Origin: Tubulanus polymorphus
Taxonomy: Eukaryota > Animalia > Nemertea
Direction: 5' to 3'
Length of the DNA: 64,000 bases
Assembly: GCF_964204645.1 (NCBI RefSeq)
Contig: NC_134026.1
Coordinates: forward strand, 27,252,150 to 27,316,149
A program made the translations under genes and the position numbers. The notes beneath the pieces were generated by a model. That model was not told the origin of the DNA, made no database searches, and saw only the letters and a list, made by a program, of their open reading frames with translations. Below, one piece after another: positions 53,775-64,000 of the stretch. Every line of letters begins with the position of its first letter. Position 1 is the stretch's first letter.

Positions 53775-55592
53775 TCAGGCGGCCACACCACTTACAAGAC
53801 TGACCGATTCTTCAGAATTGCCTGTCACCGTTATTTCTGTGTTTGTTCTTGGAGCAACATCTTCTCCAGTATCGTTATCTGAATATTTCTGCTGTCGCTT
53901 GTACAATCGCCATTCGACCACCAGTAACAGAATCATACCCAGTGTCATAACACCAATTCCAACGTAAAGTTTTTGCCAAACACACATGAATCGCCCATAA
54001 CCAAAGGTAATCGCTAAACCGAGGTTTTGAAATAGTCGATAATTGGCAAACGCAGCTTCGGCTTTCGTTGGAAACATCAGTCCAATCAACGCTGTTCACA
54101 ATGAAATGAAAAATGAATAATAAAACAGCATGTAAGACACCCCACAAACACAGAAATATACAAAATTTAAAACTTACTGCACACTTGGGGTTGCCAGATG
54201 GAATCACATATGCCCCATAATCCAGGAATCACGAAGAAAAGTGGCTTTTGATTTGCGTTAGGTTGCCAAACCAAAAGAAATACCATTAATCCTAAGTTGA
54301 CGACGTATGCTGTACACAGGATTGCAGGACGTCCAATTATCTTGGTGATACCGCTTCCCATATACGAGAAAACAGAGCCGAACACTCCAAAACACAACAT
54401 CGTGAAACCCACATAGCCCATACTTAGTTCACAGCTAACATATGCCTGGATATAAACATAACCATTTTAGTTAATTATTAAACCATATAGACATAAGATA
54501 GTCACGTTGAGTGAGACTTACCTGAGTAAATTCTCCAAAAAGAGTTGCTAAACTGCTACCAGTCCAGAATGATACTGCCAAGATGCATATCATGTCTGAA
54601 TTCTTCATCAACCTGAAAGTGGCGAGCACCGTATCTTTGTGAGAAATGCCTTCAGACTGCGACATATCGAGTTGTTCTAGACCAAATGCCACAAGAAGCA
54701 TAGCACCGACAACAAGGCTGATGAGAATGACAAGCAGGATCAGAACGTTTAACTCTGGAATACCATACGATGCATTTTGTGCTTCAGAAGTAATGTTTTG
54801 GATTGAGGCAACATTTTTCAAGAGGTCACTTGGACATTGCCATGCACCACATGTCAAAACCTTTGTGCCATTTTCGGAGTCTGACGCTCCTTGGAAGATC
54901 GTGGACATAATAACGTTACCCCAAAGTTGAGAAAGTTGTATAAAAGCAGTAAAAATGCAATTGAAATTACAGATTACGTTACCAATTAGATCCCCGCTAC
55001 CCTCAGCAAAATCCCAAGCAATCGTCGTCAAATAGAAACCTTGGGATATCCATAGAGGTCCGATGGAGAGACCAACGATCAGTGAACCGGGTACGAGGAT
55101 ATAAAACTTCGGGTAGAAGTGTGACGTGATGAAGATCAAAAACATTACTGTACATAGAAAGATCGTCTTTGTCGGTTTCAATATTCCCACAGCAACTGGT
55201 GCAAATATGCAAGAAACAATTCCAGAGGCATAAATCGAGCTAAGAGCGATCAAACCGAGACCCCCGGCGCTATACAAACTACTCGATAGATTTTGCATGG
55301 TGTTATAGGCAGTATACATCAACATTATCGATATCGATAATACAAGCAGTCCTCTCATTCTGCAGATCTTTTCTTTGAAAGTTAATTTTGTCTTAGTCAG
55401 TTTTGATTTCATATCAGCGAGAGCTTCTTGTTTTTGGTTCAGTGTGGCTGTCGAGAGGGCGATGTTGTCCATACTAGCATAAAATGCACCAGCTACCCCG
55501 CATGGTATAACCCCCAGTGGTGGGATCTCTATGGTTGACTTGATACTTTGACTACTGATTGTAAATGCATCTTTTTCTCCGGCATCAACCAT
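53775..55592 (-). CDS. UNC93A: UNC-93-like MFS membrane protein, 3 coding exons
   Basis: YTAYNTMQNLSSSLY, GPLWISQG.YLT, SQLWGN, TCGAWQCP, GEFTQAY, EAAFANYRLFQ. Confidence 0.85.
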
Positions 55593-55691
55593 ACTGGAGA
55601 ATCCTGGAAATCAGAAGAGCTATTTATATACATATACGTATACATTGTTTACTATTATGGGCGTTGACCTTTTTAGAATTAAGAGATTAGC

Positions 55692-55829
55692 TAGGGCCGT
55701 ATCTAGTGTCTAGCATTTGATATTTTTGGGAGCAGAGAAACCTGAAAATGGCAGTTCTATAGGATATTACAATAATAATCGAAAAAGGGCAAAATTTCTG
55801 AGCGGCACCCCCTGCTAAATACAGCCCTG
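55692..55829. mobile_element. hAT-like MITE
   Basis: tagggccgtatctag ... ctaaatacagccctg imperfect TIRs; target duplication not clear. Confidence 0.5.
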
Positions 55830-57568
55830 CGTTAGTATCACGCTTATTTCAGTTTAAGAATTCTACATGCATAATCATGTACATTTATTCCAAAATATTC
55901 TTGGTCTCGTGTTTAGCTATACGACTTCTACGATACTGGTTTGGACTCGTGTACAAGAACCGTATCCCGTATAGTATTGTGAGTCGCGCAGTAGTGTTTA
56001 CTGCGAGTCACGATCAGCTGAGAAACGATCGATATTTCCCACGCAATATGTCATGTACAATACTTCTCAATAAAACGCGAACACAACAACAACATATCAA
56101 TAAAAGTTATCATTACTTACCAACAGGTTATCTTCACTAGATTTTTTGGGTGCCAATCCGTTACGTTTGGAGGACAACAACTGATATAATCGTCGACCTT
56201 TGTTCTCATCCAGATACACGATCACAAATCCGGTTGAGTCCAGTTCTACTCTCTGCTAGTGCAGACGATACTTGTGGCATTTTTATCGTTCACGTTTCTG
56301 AAATTTTGGAGGATCAATTTTTTGCACTTTTAAAGGGTCAATCCTCTAAGAAATAACGGGCATATTTCTTGAGAGAATGCTTCCATGTTGTGCTTGAGAA
56401 ATTGAGTATTTAATGTCTATCGTCTGTTCGGAACTAATGAATCCTGATTTTCCGTTCTCCAGTAATGATAATAATTTATTCGCATTCTAGTCGATCATGT
56501 GATAATGCGAAAGACGACGACGACACTCAGGTGGCTGCACCAGCTTCGTAGGGGTTAAGTAAACAACATTCAGCGGGAAAAGTAGGACGAGGCAGCGATC
56601 AAGAGCAGGGACTGATCGCGTGCTTTGGTTTTGTTACTTCGCCAAAAACCTGGCCAAAAAAGACTGGTGAAGACCGAGTGTGGCCGCGGTCTTGTTTGCT
56701 CCATCCCTAACGGCATACGTAGCCGATTGTCCGCAGGTGTCCAAGTTAGACTTTTCTCTTTCGAAAAATTCTGGCGGTCAGGTGGGACAACTCACACAGC
56801 AGGGCGGGTAGCTGAGGCCTCCGCCGGAGGGCCCCCGCGCCCGAGAAAACCCCACTTTTTCTGTCTTGACGATGCACACGCGGGCTACATCGACCTCAAT
56901 TTTTGACGGAAGACAAACGCTGGTTATGCGTTGTAAAATACTGATTACTGATATAATGCAACCCAACAACGCGAGCTTCGTCAGGCCGGGCCTTCGTTAG
57001 CCGGCCGGCCGCTTGGGGGCCATTTGGAGGCCGTACCAACACTGAGTACTGAGCTTCTGCGGTAAGCGAGGACGACGCTAGCGCCACAAACATTCGGTTC
57101 GGCGATACCTGGCCCTTATGACTTTTATTGAATATCGACCAATGATTTCCATTTTGACAGCTGAAGATTCGGCGAAGATTCGAAGATTCGGACCCAAGAT
57201 ACGCATTAAGTTTGTTTAGTTAAGCTGAATGAAAAGTCGATACAAGGTAAAATTCTACTTTAAATTGTTAATCGTGACCAAACACCCCAGGTTGATAATC
57301 AAATTAAGTGTTATTCCACTCTCAAATTGTAAATGTAATGACCCAATGAATGTAATCTAACTCCACAACACAAACAGAAACAACTCCCTATCTACTCTTA
57401 AACACCAACTGGCAACTTAACAACAAGAACAAGTGCAGTGAGGCTGCACATTAACCTAAAATTTCACTGACCTCGAAGTTGAACTTGATGGAAACCAGAC
57501 ATCGATGGTTGATCAATAAATTCAAATGATTCTTCAATAATATGAGGCTTTTATTCATATTTTACAGA

Positions 57569-59580
57569 ATGATGGCTACATCTCAGTATGCTGTTGTTCA
57601 TTGTCGACCAAAACCAGCTTCTGCGGGCGAATCAATGGATGGAAACATGCATTTCACTATTATGAAACATCCAAAAGAAGCATTTGAGATTATGAACCTT
57701 CTGCGACAAGCAAACAAATTATGCGATGTGACGCTTACTGTGGGAGATGAAGCAATAATGGCACACAAAGTAGTTCTGGCAGCTTCGAGTCCATACTTTA
57801 AAGCGATGTTCACAGGGGGCATGCGAGAAACGGATATGACAAATATTCCACTTCATGGAATCAGTCCTTGTATTCTATCGAAGTTAGTTGATTTTGCTTA
57901 CACTGCAGAGATCACCGTCAGTGAATTGAATGTTTGTCAACTGCTCCCGGCAGCGACTATGTTTCAGATGACGCACGTTGTTGACGCTTGCTGTACATTT
58001 CTGGAGCATCAGTTACATCCCAGTAACTGTTTAGGAATTGCAGAGTTCGCTCACGAACACGGCTGCACTGATTTATATAAGAAAGCGAAAGATTTCATAC
58101 ATCAGCATTTCCGCGAAGCGAGCAAATACGAAGAGTTCAAGATGTTGTCATTGAATCAGTTGATGCTGTTATTACGCCGTGATGATCTGAATGTTAGGAG
58201 CGAAGCTGAAGTTTATAAAGCCGTGATTGAGTGGATCCGCACTGATGAGGACAAGCGATTGCCGAAATTTGAATATCTGCTCGGAGCAGTCCGTTGTAGT
58301 TTCTTGACACCGCAGTTCTTGCGTGAACAAATCTCTAATTGTCCTCTGTTGAAGAAACACGGCGACTGCGTCAATTATTTGACGAGGATATTTCAGAATT
58401 TGACGCTGCATCGAAAGTGTGCCGAAAAACAACGTAATCCGGCGGCTCCTCTCGTGATATATTGTGCTGGTGGATATCTGAGACATTCGTTGAGTAATTT
58501 CGAGTGTTTCAATCCGGTGACGAAAGACTGGTTCAAGTTGCCTGATTTACCAGTTCCGCGCAGTGGTCTCAGCGCGTGCATCGTTGCCGGAATTTTCTAC
58601 GCTATCGGAGGCCGAAATAATTCACCGGAGGGGAATATCGATTCGAATTCTGTTGACTGCTTCGACCCGTATGAAAATTCGTGGAAAAAGTGCAAAGATA
58701 TGCTGATGCCTCGAAATCGAGTTGGAATCGGTGTAATCGATGGACTGATTTATGCAGTTGGTGGATCACATGGTTTAATTCATCATAATACTGTAGAAAG
58801 GTTCGTATCTCTGTTCTTACTAAACATTACAAGATGTTCATAGTCGTTTGCTGTTCAGATACATGAATCATTATTGTTGTTGTAGATATGATCCCGATCG
58901 AGAGGAATGGACAATGGTGGCTTCAATGTCGGCTAAGAGAATTGGTGTTGGAGTTGCCGTTGTAAATCGTTTGATGTATGCAGTTGGTGGTTTTGATGGA
59001 GTGAATCGTCTCAAAAGCATTGAATCTTATCATCCTGAGAAGGACGAATGGAACTTTGTTGCTTCGATGAATATAAATCGTAGTGGTGCCGGTACGTATA
59101 TTGTAGGATTTGATTTAATTCTATTTATTGCCAGTATTTGTAGGTTTCAATACTTAATCTCATTAAAATTTTGTTGGTTTCAAGGTGTTGTTAGTCTAGA
59201 TCAATATGTTTACGCAATTGGTGGTTATGACAGCACAAGTCAACTGAAGACAGTGGAAAGATATGACACTGAAAGCGATACTTGGGAATTCGTGGCACCA
59301 ATGAGAAGCCCACGTAGTGCACTGAGTATGGCAGTCCATGATGGAAAGATATATGCAATGGGTAAGTTCTTAATGGCTTTAGTTGTTACTATTTATTGTC
59401 AAGATTGAAGAAGATAGTCCTGATCTGTTTATGCTTTTAGGTGGCTACGATGGAAACGATTTCTTGTCAAGCGTTGAAGTTTATGATTCACAGAAAGATG
59501 AATGGACTGAAATAACAACAATGAGTTGTGGTCGTAGTGGACATTGTGTAGCTGTTGGGCTAGAACCGTGTTTAAGGTAA
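57569..59580 (+). CDS. KEAP1: Kelch-like ECH-associated protein 1 (BTB-BACK-6 Kelch)
   Basis: [67 protein letters not shown]; 4 coding exons. Confidence 0.95.
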
Positions 59581-61593
59581 ATTTACAAAACCTTTTGGTA
59601 TTCGATTACGTTGTGATTTGTAACCTATCACTGGTGCTGTATTTATCATTTCTGATTCAACCTTTTAGATCCAGAAGCAAGATGCAATGTTGTCCAACTC
59701 TTGGAAGGTAATCTATACAAAACGGATCTTTCCTGCAAATACCTGTACTGAATATCAAAGCAAATAAAGTTATCCCTCTGTCATTTTGTTATTTTTTTCA
59801 GTTATCGACCGAGAGGTCCATTGTATGGAGACAGAGGAGCTACTCCAAGACCCGGATCCCCGCCTATTTAATCATTACTTAATGACATGGACTTTTTGCT
59901 CATTTTGCCTATTGAATTATGCGATTTCTGTTAATTGCTCATTCCCAAGATAGATAAGGCGCAGATATTTCTAAGATTTAGAAATATAGCATTTGGGAGA
60001 TTGTTCTATTATTATGTTGAGAGACTACCTCCATAGAATACCAAAACTTTCCATTGCACAAAGTTGTGCAGACCTTCTTCAACTGGATGATGTACAATTG
60101 TACACATGTATTATGATTTGGTAGTCTATATTCAAAGCATTTTGAATTTTTTTTTCTTTGATGCAGCTGTTGTACGTGTAATTGTTCATATTTGGATAAA
60201 TTGATGTAGTTTATCTAGTCCAAATCTGTTCTTCTTTGCCGTTGATATGAAAAAAGCCAGATCTCTTTTAGATTAGATTATGCATGTTTAGGAGTACTGG
60301 TAGATGTGATATGAGATATGTTTACCATGAAATAAAATTATTCGATATATATGTATATATATATATAAATATTTGACTCGTGTTAATTTGCATTTTTCGT
60401 AAGGAATCATTCTTGCACTTTGTCTGTATTGGAGGGCTCGAACCTGCTATGCTTGTTGGGCGGGGTTGTCTAGAAATATTGATTCATGATACATCCGATA
60501 GTAGGTGCTGCAGTTATCCCGGCGCGTAGGACTACACTCGTAAAAGTTCAATAATGTCAAAACTAGTTGTGATATTCAAAATGTTTATTGACGTTCGTTC
60601 ATATAAAAATGTGCACAAATCTACATTCTAAACTAAACAGAATTGAATTTTTGACACTGATAGAATAGTTTTGAAAAGAACTATTTTGTCTATCATCATT
60701 TCACTCACTCAGGACATTGCTCCGCCACATCAATTTACTTCCGTCTTCGGCTCTTGAAAATTTCTTAATTTTCCCTTTCGTTGGGAGCTAAAAAACATAG
60801 TTTTCTTGGTAGGTAACGATATTCTCACTGGTTGCATGCTCATGCAAAAATATTTGGCACTATGTGAATGTTTCCCCTTTCAATTTAGAAGCCTAAATTA
60901 GTCCATATGATTTTAAAATGATAGATGACCGACCGACAAACCGCCGGATCCGGAATTATTTTGAGGCCTTCTCAATCTTGCATTGTTTATTCACTGTTGT
61001 TTATTTGCATTGTTTGTTTTGCCGAGTGTAAATTAGCCTTCTAGTTTTCATGGAGTTATGCACTTGATACTTTTTTTAAAATTTAATTGCTGCCTTTATT
61101 ACCAACCAGTCCAGTAAGTAGAGTAGGCCTACATGCAGAGATAGGCCAAAACTAAACTGAAAAATCAAAAAATGAACTACTAAAAACACAACAACCCTCT
61201 GTGTAATTTATCAGAATTACTGACACTTACTACTGCTATTGCCAAGTTACATGATAGGCAGGCTCAAGTTCTGGAGTCGAGTTATCAAAATATACAGTCA
61301 GTTTTATCCCTAGATAAATTTAATCTGACCAAATAAGTCATCCTTTGTCTATTATTAAATCTAATTCATACTTTTGAGTCATCAATAACTGAAAAATGCC
61401 CCGCCTATAATTAGTTTTGTTAGATATATTGAGGTAGGGTTGGTTTTGTTCTTGCTCCTCGTCGAGTAACCTGAAATAGAAAATCATAAGGCTTTAGTTA
61501 TATAATGTTGTAGTATAAGATTTTTAAGGCGTTCACCAACAATGCTCCAATTTTGTTCATTGTAGTTTATCGTGGATTTAAGGTGAGAAAAAT

Positions 61594-63647
61594 ATGGCTG
61601 CTGATGAACCTCAGCAAAATGCAGTGGTAAGTAGAACTTGGCCTGAATACATTCCCATATTCTGGGGCGAGATGAGTAGGCCTATGACTGGCTTTCGTAT
61701 TCCCTTCCCATCCATAGACTTGAAAGGCAAGGTGGCCACTGACCAGCAAAACCTAGAAAACTTAGGGAATCATAAAACTCAGGGAATTCGGATATACTAC
61801 TGAATTGTCCATACGTTTCTTATCAATAGATGATTCATAAGAAAAGAACATTTTGTAATAGTTTAAATCAAGAAATTCCTCGGATTGATTCACCTGGGGA
61901 ATTTTGTCTTATTAACATGGACAACTCAGGGAATTTGTTGATTGGTTTAAGTGATCACCCTGGAATTGAAAAGGTAGAATGCAGAAGAATTTCTAGACGA
62001 TTGGGACCTTTTGGAAAAGACTGTAACCTCTAGTGAACTTAGTATTGGCATCTTTGGCTGAATTAACTCTAAATGATACTGTACTAGGCCTAGAGTCAGG
62101 ATCTTTATTTAGGTCACAATTTAAGGCTAAACTAGTTCCAAATTCTTCGAACACCAAATATTCAAAATTGTAATTTACATATTTCTATCCATTTAATATA
62201 CATTTATTCATTCTTGATGTTAGATACTTTTTTAAGTCTTACCTTTGGAAGTTAAATATTCCTTGTGGATTGTTGGAAATCGAGAATTCCCGAAGAGCTA
62301 ACGCTGACTTTGATCAACAAGTGTTGAACGAATGCGACGGGTGAAATGGGACCTTTATTGAAATCATGTCCCTTATTTGAATATCAAGAGTAATTTTAAC
62401 CTTTGTTCATTGAGGTCAACAGGTTTTATGATATGTATGGGCATATCTCTCGGCCTACACCGATATAGAATACCTAAATGTGGCCTATGAATGATTACAC
62501 TACATTATTCATATGTAAATGAGTATAGCTCTTTTCAAGTAATGATTTCCTAATTTGAATGTGTCCTAGTTCAACGGTGGTATTTCGGGGACTATTGACT
62601 AGATTCATTGTACAAATACTGGCTTGAAATACGCTATCTGAAACGGAAGGGTGTGTATGCGTCCATAGTGTCGGAATTATATATTCACGTCACTTGTTGA
62701 GAGATTTAGGTAAGGTTAAAAACTATTTTGTTAAAACAATATAAATCAGTAGCTAATGTAATTAAGAATGTTTCACTCCAGTTGTTGAGGATCCAGTTTT
62801 AGGTAGGCCTATATAGATAATTGTGGAAAGTTTTACACAACAAAATTACACTTAAAAAGGGTTTGTGAGTAAGGATTTATTGAACTCTGATCAGTATACA
62901 TCACCGTAGCTCAGCAATATATTTCTATTTAATTCTCATACAGCTAAAATGTGTTCACTAACTTACTGTTGGGGTTACTGAGTGGTTGCATTTATAGAAT
63001 AGTTTTTCGGGAAAAACAATGTATGAATTTGTGACTATTAGATGTAGTGCATGATTGAATTAAAGGGTTAATGATTGCCAGTTTAAATATAAATGTAGGC
63101 AGCAGTTGTTCCCTCTCCGGTATTTTCTACATAAATATGTTATCAATAAAATATTGATCATAAACTAACTCACTGCAGCAGAGTACTGCACTGTATTTAA
63201 TGCAAAGGATATCATTTAGTTTCACTGTTTGTTTCAATATTTGTCACGTTCGACTTGATGCCGATCAAATTTCGGATTTAGTGCATATTCTTAGATTTGA
63301 CAGTTTTTACCGAGTTTCACCCTGTATCATTGGAGGTTTAGGAATTTATTATGCTCTTTATGAAAAACCATAGTTTTCGGGAAGATGGCTATAAGCAGGT
63401 AACATTGGTTGGTAAAAGTGTGATTCATTGCGGGACTTACTCTATAAAAAGATGCCTCTAGGTCTAGTCATTTCCTGGTTACCATGTATAATACAATCGA
63501 CATTCTTTTGTTCTTCAGGACCAACACGTAGAACAGAAAGAAGCGAAAAAGACTTCTCCTAAAAAGCAGCCTGTCCATTCATCTGCCAAAATGGTGAAAG
63601 TGCGAGTATTGCTCCTGGATGGTGATGATTTAGAGGTGGAAATTGAT
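61594..63647 (+). CDS. 5' exons of a band 4.1/coracle-like FERM protein, continuing beyond the window
   Basis: Exon 61594-61626 (MAADEPQQNAV|gtaagt) joins in phase 0 to 63519-63647 (...KMVKVRVLLLDGDDLEVEID|gtaagt), the FERM F1 start motif. Confidence 0.7.
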
Positions 63648-64000
63648 GTAAGTTGATTTATCAGAACAATTTCAATCAATATTTCTGCATTCATCTGGTA
63701 CGTGATATGAGACCCTCGATGAAAACTGGTTTTAGCTATGTTCGCCATTCTAGAAAGTCGCTGTATTTACCCTTGACTGGGTGACATGACCCCGGTGTCC
63801 TCGGAATAGATACATTTCTAAAGGAAACTAATCATATTTCCTAATACTATGTTAGATACTTTAAATGTTTGATCACAGCTGAACGACTGCTAACCCATTA
63901 GAGGCCTACATTATTTTATGTCAGCATATATTCTCCTCTAATATCATTAAACATTGTGTGGATAGGGGTTGGTTACTCATTACTGAAGTACGTCTCTGCT

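Noticed and set aside
56690-56900. Telomerase RNA or RNase MRP candidate
   Set aside because: Only CCCTAAC, too short for a template; no GAAAGTCCCC/GGGGCTCA P4 pair or clear H/ACA end.
62300-62368. Cys-TGA motif on the minus strand as a selenoprotein hint
   Set aside because: No SECIS recognised and no resemblance to a known selenoprotein.

Overview
Eukaryotic, AT-rich, gene-dense animal DNA with short (about 60-100 nt) spliceosomal introns; a marine invertebrate bilaterian, probably a lophotrochozoan (inference). About 16 protein-coding genes are visible, in order: LEV-9/Hig-like CCP protein (5'-truncated), Y_phosphatase3-type phosphatase, secreted FN3-only L1-like protein, histidine acid phosphatase, LRRC41-like, TBPL1/TRF2, WDR55, ITPA, HBS1L (with an SKI7-like alternative last exon), MTDH/LYRIC-like, XPNPEP1, FADS6-like, NADAR, UNC93A-like, KEAP1, and the 5' end of a band 4.1/FERM gene. 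Several MITEs, tRNA-derived elements and an (AT)n tract are also present. The most unusual observations are (1) ITPA and an intronless WDR55 separated by only 20 nt, suggesting a dicistronic unit, and (2) a CTCF-like motif paired with a Pol III B-box at a fixed 41-42 bp spacing upstream of three Pol II genes. Gene models were spliced by eye; no database searches were run, and homologue comparisons are from memory.
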